The notes under the pieces: generated by a model
Seen by the model: the letters and a program-made list of their open reading frames with translations, nothing else
Database searches by the model: none
Told to the model about the DNA's origin: nothing
Shown here: positions 37,301-50,122 of the stretch, in pieces
Layout of the letters: the number at the start of each line of letters is the position of its first letter
Numbering within the stretch: the first letter of the stretch is position 1
Assembly (NCBI GenBank): GCA_032718475.1
Contig: JAUCBJ010004292.1
Location: 22,804 to 86,803 of the forward strand
From: Nemertoderma westbladi
Lineage: Eukaryota > Animalia > Xenacoelomorpha
DNA: 64,000 nucleotides
Direction: 5' to 3'
Made by a program: the position numbers and the translations under genes

Positions 37301-39820
37301 TGGTGGTACAGTGACGTCAGAGGTTAGTAACTCAGTTAATATGAACAGCTACTCAATGTGGAGTTGGGTGGAGGTACAGTGACGTCAGAGGTTAGTAACT
37401 CAGTTAATATGAACATCTACTCAATGTGGAGTTGGGTGGTGGTACAGTGACGTCAGAAGTTAGTAACTCAGTTAATATGAACAGCTACTCAATGTGGTAG
37501 AGTTGGGTGGAGGTACAGTGACGTCAGAGGTTAGTAACTCAGTTAATATGAACAGCTACTCAATGTGGTAGAGTTGGGTGGAGGTACAGTGACGTCAGAG
37601 GTTAGTAACTCAGTTAATATGAACATCTACTCAATGTGGAGTTGGGTGGAGGTACAGTGACGTCAGAGGTTAGTAACTCAGTTAATATGAACATCTACTC
37701 AATGTGGAGTTGGGTGGTGGTACAGTGACGTCAGAAGTTAGTAACTCAGTTAATATGAACAGCTACTCAATGTGGTAGAGTTGGGTGGAGGTACAGTGAC
37801 GTCAGAGGTTAGTAACTCAGTTAATATGAACATCTACTCAATGTGGAGTTGGGTGGTGGTACAGTGACGTCAGAAGTTAGTAACTCAGTTAATATGAACA
37901 GCTACTCAATGTGGTAGAGTTGGGTGGAGGTACAGTGACGTCAGAGGTTAGTAACTCAGTTAATATGAACAGCTACTCAATGTGGTAGAGTTGGGTGGAG
38001 GTACAGTGACGTCAGAGGTTAGTAACTCAGTTAATATGAACAGCTATTCAATGTGGTAGAGTTGGGTGGAGGTACAGTGACGTCAGAGGTTAGTAACTCC
38101 GTTAATATGAACAGCTACTCAATGTGGTAGAGTTGGGTGGAGGTACAGTGACGTCAGAGGTTAGTAACTCAGTTAATATGAACAGCTACTCAATGTGGTA
38201 GAGTTGGGTGGTGGTACAGTGACGTCAGAGGTTAGTAACTCAGTTAATATGAACAGCTACTCAATGTGGAGTTGGGTGGAGGTACAGTGACGTCAGAGGT
38301 TAGTAACTCAGTTAATATGAACATCTACTCAATGTGGAGTTGGGTGGTGGTACAGTGACGTCAGAAGTTAGTAACTCAGTTAATATGAACAGCTACTCAA
38401 TGTGGTAGAGTTGGGTGGAGGTACAGTGACGTCAGAGGTTAGTAACTCAGTTAATATGAACATCTACTCAATGTGGAGTTGGGTGGTGGTACAGTGACGT
38501 CAGAGGTTAGTAACTCAGTTAATATGAACAGCTACTCAATGTGGAGTTGGGTGGTGGTACAGTGACGTCAGAGGTTAGTAACTCAGTTAATATGAACAGC
38601 TACTCAATGTGGTAGAGTTGGGTGGTGGTACAGTGACGTCAGAGGTTAGTAACTCAGTTAATATGAACAGCTACTCAATGTGGAGTTGGGTGGTGGTACA
38701 GTGACGTCAGAGGTTAGTAACTCAGTTAATATGAACAGCTACTCAATGTGGTAGAGTTGGGTGGTGGTACAGTGACGTCAGAGGTTAGTAACTCAGTTAA
38801 TATGAACAGCTACTCAATGTGGAGTTGGGTGGTGGTACAGTGACGTCAGAGGTTAGTAACTCAGTTAATATGAACAGCTACTCAATGTGGTAGAGTTGGG
38901 TGGTGGTACAGTGACGTCGTCAGAGGTTAGTAACTCCGTTAATATGAACAGCTACTCAATGTGGTAGAGTCGGGTGGTGGTACAGTGACGTCAGAGGTTA
39001 GTAACTCAGTTAATATGAACAGCTACTCAATGTGGTAGAGTTGGGTGGTGGTACAGTGACGTCAGAGGTTAGTAACTCCGTTAATATGAACAGCTACTCA
39101 ATGTGGTAGAGTTGGGTGGAGGTACAGTGACGTCAGAGGTTAGTAACTCAGTTAATATGAACAGCTACTCAATGTGGAGTTCGGTGGAGGTACAGTGACG
39201 TCAGAGGTTAGTAACTCAGTTAATATGAACATCTACTCAATGTGGAGTTGGGTGGAGGTACAGTGACGTCAGAGGTTAGTAACTCAGTTAATATGAACAG
39301 CTACTCAATGTGGAGTTGGGTGGTGGTACAGTGACGTCAGAGGTTAGTAACTCAGTTAATATGAACAGCTACTCAATGTGGTAGAGTTGGGTGGTGGTAC
39401 AGTGACGTCAGAGGTTAGTAACTCAGTTAATATGAACAGCTACTCAATGTGGAGTTGGGTGGTGGTACAGTGACGTCAGAGGTTAGTAACTCAGTTAATA
39501 TGAACATCTACTCAATGTGGTAGAGTTGGGTGGTGGTACAGTGACGTCAGAGGTTAGTAACTCAGTTAATATGAACAGCTACTCAATGTGGTAGAGTTGG
39601 GTGGTGGTACAGTGACGTCAGAGGTTAGTAACTCAGTTAATATGAACATCTACTCAATGTGGAGTTGGGTGGAGGTACAGTGACGTCAGAGGTTATTAAC
39701 TCAGTTAATATGAACAGCTACTCAATGTGGAGTTGGGTGGTGGTACAGTGACGTCAGAGGTTAGTAACTCAGTTAATATGCACAGCTACTCAATGTGGTA
39801 GAGTTGGGTGGTGGTACAGT
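31504..39820 (+). repeat. 68/71-bp satellite made of the exon-3 3' end plus the 5' splice site, about 100 copies, interrupted by a LINE
   Basis: Unit CAGCTACTCAATGTG[GTA]GAGTTGGGTGGTGGTACAGTGACGTCAGAG|GTTAGTAACTCAGTTAATATGAA. The first copy is the real exon end. Confidence 0.97.
34277..35725 (-). mobile_element. 5'-truncated CR1/L2-group LINE (RT), inserted in the satellite
   Basis: NYRGI..QFGFK..FLDSSKAFDLVNH, GTKQGGILSP..YADD..FKYLG. Poly(A) tail appears as a T run at 34277-34307. TSD AATAT (34272-34276 and 35726-35730). Frameshifts near the C9 run at 35241 and near 34630. Confidence 0.93.
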
Positions 39821-39821
39821 A

Positions 39822-39892
39822 TAGGTAACAGTTACATACGTCCGTTCCCTAGGTAACAGTTATATTCCCGTTCCCTAGGTAACAGTTACATT
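39822..39892 (+). repeat. Three tandem copies (28/26-bp period) of the exon-4 acceptor junction
   Basis: TAG|GTAACAGTTA with AG ending at 39824, 39852 and 39878. Only the last continues into the exon. Confidence 0.9.
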
Positions 39893-40073
39893 CCACGCTC
39901 GGGAGGGCTGCAACGACGAACAGACATACCAAGGAGGGATAGATAACTTACCCGGCGCCTTTATAAACGGAGCCAAGGATGTTGAGGGGTTTATAATCAC
40001 GAGGAACAAGGGACCAATAACAACCGTCGTTATAGAGTCGATGTTTATCGAAACTAGAGTGTCATTGAGACAG
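39879..40073 (+). CDS. RGM: RGM-family gene, coding exon 4
   Basis: Acceptor TTCCCTAG. Encodes VTVTFHAREGCNDEQTYQGGIDNLPGAFINGAK..IESMFIETRVSLRQ, compared with RGM LTIIFK..ECVDQKVYQA..D.LPAAF.DG..YIGTTIVVRQ. Donor CAG|GTAGGT. 195 nt, phase 0-0. Confidence 0.92.
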
Positions 40074-40133
40074 GTAGGTGAATTCTACTGTCACCATATG
40101 TACGGGTCCTCTTAAACGGTGGATTATACTTTT

Positions 40134-43100
40134 ATCGGCCTTTCCCTTCCCTTCCCTTCTTTATTATCTTCTAGATCGGCCCTTCCCTTCCCTTTACTTT
40201 GATTTATTCTCTTCTAGATCGGCCCTTACCTTCCCTTTACTTTGATTTATTATCTTCTAGATCGGCCCTTCCCTTTACTTTGATTTATTCTCTTCTAGAT
40301 CGGCCCTTCCCTTTACTTTGATTTATTATCTTCTAGATCGGCCCTTCCCTTCCCTTTACTTTGATTTATTCTCTTCTAGATCGGCCCTTCCCTTTACTTT
40401 GATTTATTATCTTCTAGATCGGCCCTTCCCTTCCCTTTACTTTGATTTATGCTCTTCTAGATCGGCCCTTCCCTTCCCTTTACTTTGATTTATTCTCTTC
40501 TAGATCGGCCCTTCCCTTCCCTTTACTTTGATTTATTATCTTCTAGATCGGCCCTTCCCTTTACTTTGATTTATTATCTTCTAGATCGGCCCTTCCCTTC
40601 CCTTTACTTTGATTTATTATCTTCTAGATCGGCCCTTCCCTTTACTTTGATTTATTCTCTTCTAGATCGGCCCTTCCCTTCCCTTTACTTTGATTTATTA
40701 TCTTCTAGATCGGCCCTTCCCTTTACTTTGATTTATTATCTTCTAGATCGGCCCTTCCCTTCCCTTTACTTTGATTTATTATCTTCTAGATCGGCCCTTC
40801 CCTTTACTTTGATTTATTATCTTCTAGATCGGCCCTTCCCTTCCCTTTACTTTGATTTATTATCTTCTAGATCGGCCCTTCCCTTTACTTTGATTTATTC
40901 TCTTCTAGATCGGCCCTTCCCTTTACTTTGATTTATTCTCTTCTAGATCGGCCCTTCCCTTCCCTTTACTTTGATTTATTCTCTTCTAGATCGGCCCTTC
41001 CCTTCCCTTTACTTTGATTTATTCTCTTCTAGATCGGCCCTTCCCTTCCCTTTACTTTGATTTATTCTCTTCTAGATCGGCCCTTCCCTTTACTTTGATT
41101 TATTCTCTTCTAGATCGGCCCTTCCTTTTACTTTGATTTATTATCTTCTAGATCGGCCCTTCCCTTTACTTTGATTTATTATCTTCTAGATCGGCCCTTC
41201 GCTTTACTTTGATTTATTATCTTCTAGATCGGCCCTTCCCTTCCCTTTACTTTGATTTATTATCTTCTAGATCGGCCCTTCCCTTTACTTTGATTTATTA
41301 TCTTCTAGATCGGCCCTTCCCTTCCCTTTACTTTGATTTATTATCTTCTAGATCGGCCCTTCCCTTCCCTTTACTTTGATTTATTATCTTCTAGATCGGC
41401 CCTTCCCTTCCCTTTACTTTGATTTATTCTCTTCTAGATCGGCCCTTCCCTTCCCTTTACTTTGATTTATTCTCTTCTAGATCGGCCCTTCCCTTTACTT
41501 TGATTCATTCTCTTCTAGTTCGGCCCTTCCCTTCCCTTTACTTTGATTTATTCTCTTCTCGGCCCTTCCCTTCCCTTTACTTTGATTCATTCTCTTCTAG
41601 TTCGGCCCTTCCCTTCCCTTTACTTTGATTTATTCTCTTCTCGGCCCTTCCCTTCCCTTTACTTTGATTCATTCTCTTCTAGTTCGGCCCTTCCCTTCCC
41701 TTTACTTTGATGTATTATCTTCTATAGATCGGCCCTTCCCTTTACTTTGATTTATTATCTTCTAGATCGGCCCTTCCCTTTACTTTGATTTATTATCTTC
41801 TAGATCGGCCCTTCCCTTCCCTTTACTTTGATTTATTATCTTCTAGATCGGCCCTTCCCTTTACTTTGATTTATTCTCTTCTAGTTCGGCCCTTCCCTTC
41901 CCTTTACTTTGATGTATTATCTTCTATAGATCGGCCCTTCCCTTTACTTTGATTCATTCTCTTCTAGTTCGGCCCTTCCCTTCCCTTTACTTTGATGTAT
42001 TATCTTCTATAGATCGGCCCTTCCCTTTACTTTGATTTATTATCTTCTAGATCGGCCCTTCCCTTTACTTTGATTTATTATCTTCTAGATCGGCCCTTCC
42101 CTTCCCTTTACTTTGATTTATTATCTTCTAGATCGGCCCTTCCCTTCCCTTTACTTTGATTTATTCTCTTCTAGATCGGCCCTTCCCTTTAATTTGATTT
42201 ATTATCTTCTAGATCGGCCCTTCCCTTTACTTTGATTTATTATCTTCTAGATCGGCCCTTCCCTTTACTTTGATTTATTATCTTCTAGATCGGCCCTTCC
42301 CTTTACTTTGATTCATTCTCTTCTAGTTCGGCCCTTCCCTTCCCTTTACTTTGATGTATTATCTTCTATAGATCGGCCCTTCCCTTTACTTTGATTTATT
42401 ATCTTCTAGATCGGCCCTTCCCTTTATTTTGATTTATTATCTTCTAGATCGGCCCTTCCCTTCCCTTTACTTCGATTTATTCTCTTCTCGACCCTTCCCT
42501 TCCCTTTACTTTGATTCATTCTCTTCTAGATCGGCCCTTCCCTTCCCTTTACTTTGATTTATTCTCTTCTAGATCGGCCCTTCCCTTTACTTTGATTTAT
42601 TATCTTCTAGATCGGCCCTTCCCTTTACTTTGATTTATTATCTTCTAGATCGGCCCTTCCCTTTACTTTGATTTATTATCTTCTAGATCGGCCCTTCCCT
42701 TCCCTTTACTTTGATTTATTATCTTCTAGATCGGCCCTTCCCTTTACTTTGATTTATTATCTTCTAGATCGGCCCTTCCCTTCCCTTTACTTTGATTTAT
42801 TATCTTCTAGATCGGCCCTTCCCTTCCCTTTACTTTGATTTATTCTCTTCTAGATCGGCCCTTCCCTTTACTTTGATTTATTATCTTCTAGATTGGCCCT
42901 TCCCTTCCCTTTACTTTGATTTATTATCTTCTAGATCGGCCCTTCCCTTTACTTTGATTTATTATCTTCTAGATCGGCCTTTCCCTTCCCTTTACTTTGA
43001 TTTATTATCTTCTAGATCGGCCCTTCCCTTCCCTTTACTTTGATTTATTCTCTTCTAGATCGGCCCTTCCCTTTACTTTGATTTATTATCTTCTAGATCG

Positions 43101-46100
43101 GCCCTTCCCTTCCCTTTACTTTGATTTATTCTCTTCTAGATCGGCCCTTCCCTTTACTTTGATTTATTATCTTCTAGATCGGCCCTTCCCTTCCCTTTAC
43201 TTTGATTTATTATCTTCTAGATCGGCCCTTCCCTTTACTTTGATTTATTATCTTCTAGATCGGCCCTTCCCTTTACTTTGATTTATTATCTTCTAGATCG
43301 GCCCTTCCCTTTACTTTGATTTATTATCTTCTAGATCGGCCCTTCCCTTCCCTTTACTTTGATTTATTCTCTTCTAGATCGGCCCTTCCCTTCCCTTTAC
43401 TTTGATTTATTATCTTCTAGATCGGCCCTTCCCTTTACTTTGATTTATTATCTTCTAGATCGGCCCTTCCCTTCCCTTCCCTTTACTTTGATTTATTCTC
43501 TTCTAGATCGGCCCTTCCCTTTACTTTGATTTATTCTCTTCTAGATCGGCCCTTCCCTTTACTTTGATTTATTCTCTTCTAGATCGGCCCTTCCCTTCCC
43601 TTTACTTTGATTTATTATCTTCTCGACCCTTCCCTTCCCTTTACTTTGATTTATTATCTTCTAGATCGGCCCTTCCCTTCCCTTTACTTTGATTTATTCT
43701 CTTCTAGATCGGCCTTTCCCTTCTCTTTACTTTGATTTATTCTCTTCTCGACCCTTCCCTTCCCTTTACTTTGATTTATTATCTTCTAGATCGGCCTTTC
43801 CCTTCTCTTTACTTTGATTTATTATCTTCTAGATCGGCCCTTCCCTTTACTTTGATTTATTCTCTTCTAGATCGGCCTTTCCCTTCCCTTTACTTTGATT
43901 TATTCTCTTCTAGATCGGCCCTTCCCTTTACTTTGATTTATTCTCTTCTCGGCCCTTCCCTTCCCTTTACTTTGATTTATTCTCTTCTAGATCGGCCCTT
44001 CCCTTCCCTTTACTTTGATTTATTATCTTCTAGATCGGCCCTTCCCTTCCCTTTACTTTGATTTATTATCTTCTAGATCGGCCCTTCCCTTCCCTTTACT
44101 TTGATTTATTCTCTTCTCGGCCCTTCCCTTCCCTTTAATTTGATTTATTATCTTCTAGATCGGCCCTTCCCTTCCCGTTACTTTGATTTATTCTCTTCTA
44201 GATCGGCCCTTCCCTTCCCTTTACTTTGATTTATTCTCTTCTCGGCCCTTCCCTTCCCTTTAATTTGATTTATTATCTTCTAGATCGGCCCTTCCCTTCC
44301 CGTTACTTTGATTTATTCTCTTCTAGATCGGCCCTTCCCTTCCCTTTACTTTGATTTATTCTCTTCTCGGCCCTTCCCTTCCCTTTAATTTGATTTATTA
44401 TCTTCTAGATCGGCCCTTCCCTTCCCGTTACTTTGATTTATTCTCTTCTAGATCGGCCCTTCCCTTCCCTTTACTTTGATTTATTCTCTTCTAGAGCGGC
44501 CCTTCCCTTCCCTTTACTTTGATTTATTCTCTTCTAGATCGGCCCTTCCCTTCCCTTTACTTTGATTTATTCTCTTCTCGACCCTTCCCTTCCCTTTACT
44601 TTGATTTATTCTCTTCTAGATCGGCCCTTCCCTTCCCTTTACTTTGATTTATTCTCTTCTAGATCGGCCCTTCCCTTCCCTTTACTTTGATTTATTATCT
44701 TCTAGATCGGCCCTTCCCTTTACTTTGATTTATTATCTTCTAGATCGGCCCTTCCCTTTACTTTGATTTATTCTCTTCTAGATCGGCCCTTCCCTTTACT
44801 TTGATTTATTCTCTTCTAGTTCGGCCCTTCCCTTCCCTTTACTTTGATGTATTATCTTCTATAGATCGGCCCTTCCCTTTACTTTGATTTATTATCTTCT
44901 AGATCGGCCCTTCCCTTTACTTTGATTTATTATCTTCTAGATCGGCCCTTCCCTTTACTTTGATTTATTCTCTTCTAGATCGGCCCTTCCCTATACTTTG
45001 ATTTATTATCTTCTAGATCGGCCCTTCCCTTCCCGTTACTTTGATTTATTCTCTTCTAGATCGGCCCTTCCCTTCCCTATACTTTGATTTATTATCTTCT
45101 AGATCGGCCCTTCCCTTCCCTTTACTTTGATTTATTATCTTCTAGATCGGCCCTTCCCTTTAATTTGATTTATTATCTTCTAGATCGGCCCTTCCCTTTA
45201 ATTTGATTTATTATCTTCTAGATCGGCCCTTCCCTTTAATTTGATTTATTCTCTTCTAGATCGGCCCTTCCCTTCCCTTTACTTTGATTTATTCTCTTCT
45301 CGGCCCTTCCCTTCCCTTTACTTTGATTTATTCTCTTCTAGATCGGCCCTTCCCTTTACTTTGATTTATTATCTTCTAGATCGGCCCTTCCCTTTACTTT
45401 GATTTATTATCTTCTAGATCGGCCCTTCCCTTTACTTTGATTTATTCTCTTCTAGATCGGCCCTTCCCTTCCCTTTACTTTGATTTATTCTCTTCTAGAT
45501 CGGCCCTTCCCTTTACTTTGATTTATTCTCTTCTCGGCCCTTCCCTTCCCTTTACTTTGATTTATTCTCTTCTAGATCGGCCCTTCCCTTCCCTTTACTT
45601 TGATTTATTCTCTTCTAGATCGGCCCTTCCCTTCCCTTTACTTTGATTTATTCTCTTCTCGGCCCTTCCCTTCCCTTTACTTTGATTTATTCTCTTCTAG
45701 ATCGGCCCTTCCCTTCCCTTTACTTTGATTTATTCTCTTCTAGATCGGCCCTTCCCTTTACTTTGATTTATTCTCTTCTCGGCCCTTCCCTTCCCTTTAC
45801 TTTGATTTATTCTCTTCTAGATCGTCCCTTCCCTTCCCTTTACTTTGATTTATTCTCTTCTAGATCGGCCCTTCCCTTCCCTTTACTTTGATTTATTCTC
45901 TTCTCGGCCCTTCCCTTCCCTTTACTTTGATTTATTATCTTCTAGATCGGCCCTTCCCTTTACTTTGATTTATTCTCTTCTAGATCGGCCCTTCCCTATA
46001 CTTTGATTTATTATCTTCTAGATCGGCCCTTCCCTTCCCGTTACTTTGATTTATTATCTTCTAGATCGGCCCTTCCCTTCCCTATACTTTGATTTATTAT

Positions 46101-49100
46101 CTTCTAGATCGGCCCTTCCCTTCCCTTTACTTTGATTTATTCTCTTCTAGATCGGCCCTTCCCTTTAATTTGATTTATTATCTTCTAGATCGGCCCTTCC
46201 CTTTAATTTGATTTATTATCTTCTAGATCGGCCCTTCCCTTTAATTTGATTTATTATCTTCTAGATCGGCCCTTCCCTTTAATTTGATTTATTCTCTTCT
46301 AGATCGGCCCTTCCCTTCCCTTTACTTTGATTTATTCTCTTCTCGGCCCTTCCCTTCCCTTTACTTTGATTTATTCTCTTCTAGATCGGCCCTTCCCTTT
46401 ACTTTGATTTATTATCTTCTAGATCGGCCCTTCCCTTTACTTTGATTTATTATCTTCTAGATCGGCCCTTCCCTTTACTTTGATTTATTCTCTTCTAGAT
46501 CGGCCCTTCCCTTCCCTTTACTTTGATTTATTCTCTTCTAGATCGGCCCTTCCCTTCCCTTTACTTTGATTTATTCTCTTCTCGGCCCTTCCCTTCCCTT
46601 TACTTTGATTTATTCTCTTCTAGATCGGCCCTTCCCTTCCCTTTACTTTGATTTATTCTCTTCTCGGCCCTTCCCTTCCCTTTACTTTGATTTATTATCT
46701 TCTAGATCGGCCCTTCCCTTCCCTTTACTTTGATTTATTCTCTTCTCGGCCCTTCCCTTCCCTTTACTTTGATTTATTCTCTTCTAGATCGGCCCTTCCC
46801 TTTACTTTGATTTATTATCTTCTAGATCGGCCCTTCCCTTTACTTTGATTTATTATCTTCTAGATCGGCCCTTCCCTTTACTTTGATTTATTCTCTTCTA
46901 GATCGTCCCTTCCCTTCCCTTTACTTTGATTTATTCTCTTCTAGATCGGCCCTTCCCTTCCCTTTACTTTGATTTATTCTCTTCTAGATCGGCCCTTCCC
47001 TTCCCTTTACTTTGATTTATTCTCTTCTAGATCGGCCCTTCCCTTTACTTTGATTTATTCTCTTCTAGTTCGGCCCTTCCCTTCCCTTTACTTTGATGTA
47101 TTATCTTCTATAGATCGGCCCTTCCCTTTACTTTGATTTATTATCTTCTAGATCGGCCCTTCCCTTTACTTTGATTTATTATCTTCTAGATCGGCCCTTC
47201 CCTTTACTTTGATTTATTCTCTTCTAGATCGGCCCTTCCCTATACTTTGATTTATTATCTTCTAGATCGGCCCTTCCCTTCCCGTTACTTTGATTTATTC
47301 TCTTCTAGATCGGCCCTTCCCTTCCCTATACTTTGATTTATTATCTTCTAGATCGGCCCTTCCCTTCCCTTTACTTTGATTTATTCTCTTCTAGATCGGC
47401 CCTTCCCTTTAATTTGATTTATTATCTTCTAGATCGGCCCTTCCCTTTAATTTGATTTATTATCTTCTAGATCGGCCCTTCCCTTTAATTTGATTTATTA
47501 TCTTCTAGATCGGCCCTTCCCTTTAATTTGATTTATTCTCTTCTAGATCGGCCCTTCCCTTCCCTTTACTTTGACTTATTCTCTTATCGGCCCTTCCCTT
47601 CCCTTTACTTTGATTTATTCTCTTCTAGATCGGCCTTTCCCTTTACTTTGATTTATTATCTTCTAGATCGGCCCTTCCCTTTACTTTGATTTATGCTCTT
47701 CTAGATCGGCCCTTCCCTTTACTTTGATTTATTCTCTTCTAGTTCGGCCCTTCCCTTCCCTTTACTTTAATTTATTCTCTTCTCGGCCCTTCCCTTCCCT
47801 TTACTTTGATTTATTCTCTTCTAGATCGGCCCTTCCCTTCCCTTTACTTTGATTTATTCTCTTCTCGGCCCTTCCCTTCCCTTTACTTTGATTTATTATC
47901 TTCTAGATCGGCCCTTCCCTTCCCTTTACTTTGATTTATTCTCTTCTAGATCGGCTCTTCCCTTCCCTTTACTTTGATTTATTCTCTTCTCGGCCCTTCC
48001 CTTCCCTTTACTTTGATTTATTCTCTTCTAGATCGGCCCTTCCCTTTACTTTGATTTATTATCTTCTAGATCGGCCCTTCCCTTTACTTTGATTTATTAT
48101 CTTCTAGATCGGCCCTTCCCTTTACTTTGATTTATTCTCTTCTAGATCGGCCCTTCCCTTCCCTTTACTTTGATTTATTCTCTTCTAGATCGGCCCTTCC
48201 CTTCCCTTTACTTTGATTTATTCTCTTCTCGGCCCTTCCCTTCCCTTTACTTTGATTTATTCTCTTCTAGATCGGCCCTTCCCTTTACTTTGATTTATGC
48301 TCTTCTAGATCGGCCCTTCCCTTTACTTTGATTTATTCTCTTCTAGATCGGTCCTTCCCTTCCCTTTACTTTGATTTATTCTCTTCTAGATCGGCCCTTC
48401 CCTTCCCTTTTCTTTGATTTATTCTCTTCTCGGCCCTTCCCTTCCCTTTACTTTGATTTATTCTCTTCTAGATCGGCCCTTCCCTTTACTTTGATTTATT
48501 ATCTTCTAGATCGGCCCTTCCCTTTACTTTGATTTATTATCTTCTAGATCGGCCCTTCCCTTTACTTTGATTTATTATCTTCTACATCGGCCCTTCCCTT
48601 TACTTTGATTTATTCTCTTCTAGATCGGCCCTTCCCTTCCCTTTACTTTGATTTATTCTCTTCTCGGCCCTTCCCTTCCCTTTACTTTGATTTATTATCT
48701 TCTAGATCGGCCCTTCCCTTTACTTTGATTTATTATCTTCTAGATCGGCCCTTCCCTTTACTTTGATTTATTATCTTCTAGATCGGCCCTTCCCTTTACT
48801 TTGATTTATTATCTTCTAGATCGGCCCTTCCCTTTACTTTGATTTATTATCTTCTAGATCGGCCCTTCCCTTTACTTTGATTTATTCTCTTCTAGATCGG
48901 CCCTTCCCTTCCCTTTACTTTGATTTATTCTCTTCTCGGCCCTTCCCTTCCCTTTACTTTGATTTATTATCTTCTAGATCGGCCCTTCCCTTTACTTTGA
49001 TTTATTATCTTCTAGATCGGCCCTTCCCTTTACTTTGATTTATTATCTTCTAGATCGGCCCTTCCCTTTACTTTCATTTATTATCTTCTAGATCGGCCCT

Positions 49101-50122
49101 TCCCTTTACTTTGATTTATTCTCTTCTAGATCGGCCCTTCCCTTCCCTTTACTTTTATTTATTCTCTTCTAGATCGGCCCTTCCCTTTACTTTGATTTAT
49201 TATCTTCTAGATCGGCCCTTCCCTTTACTTTGATTTATTATCTTCTAGATCGGCCCTTCCCTTTACTTTGATTTATTATCTTCTAGATCGGCCCTTCCCT
49301 TTACTTTCATTTATTATCTTCTAGATCGGCCCTTCCCTTTACTTTGATTTATTATCTTCTAGATCGGCCCTTCCCTTCCCTTTACTTTTATTTATTATCT
49401 TCTAGATCGGCCCTTCCCTTCCCTTTACTTTGATTTATTATCTTCTAGATCGGCCCTTCCCTTTACTTTGATTTATTCTCTTCTAGATCGGCCCTTCCCT
49501 TCCCTTTACTTTGATTTATTCTCTTCTAGATCGGCCCTTCCCTTTACTTTGATTTATTCTCTTCTAGATCGGCCCTTCCCTTCCCTTCCCTTTACTTTGA
49601 TTTATTCTCTTCTCGGCCCTTCCCTTCCCTTTACTTTGATTTATTCTCTTCTAGATCGGCCCTTCCCTTTACTTTGATTTATTATCTTCTAGATCGTCCC
49701 TTCCCTTCCCTTTACTTTGATTTATTCTCTTCTAGATCGGCCCTTCCCTTCCCTTTACTTTTATTTATTCTCTTCTCGGCCCTTCCCTTCCCTTTACTTT
49801 GATTTATTCTCTTCTAGATCGGCCCTTCCCTTTACTTTGATTTATTCTCTTCTAGATCGGCCCTTCCCTTCCCTTCCCTTTACTTTGATTTATTCTCTTC
49901 TCGGCCCTTCCCTTCCCTTTACTATGATTTATTATCTTCTAGATCGGCCCTTCCCTTTACTTTGATTTATTATCTTCTAGATCGGCCCTTCCCTTCCCTT
50001 TACTTTGATTTATTCTCTTCTAGATCGGCCCTTCCCTTCCCTTTACTTTGATTTATTCTCTTCTAGATCGGCCCTTCCCTTCCCTTTACTTTGATTTATT
50101 ATCTTCTATAGATCGGCCCTTC
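40134..50122 (+). repeat. 38/43-bp pyrimidine-rich satellite made of the 3' splice site plus the first 11 nt of exon 5, about 245 copies
   Basis: Unit CCTTTACTTTGATTTATT(A/C)TCTTCTAG|ATCGGCCCTTC[CCTTC]. The last copy is the real acceptor. Confidence 0.97.

Noticed and set aside
28245-39820. CRISPR-like appearance of the regular repeats
   Set aside because: Units are head-to-tail with no unique spacers, there are no cas genes, and the context is eukaryotic.
40485-49965. Many 'LLDRPFPSLYFD' ORFs
   Set aside because: By-products of alternating 38/43-bp units.
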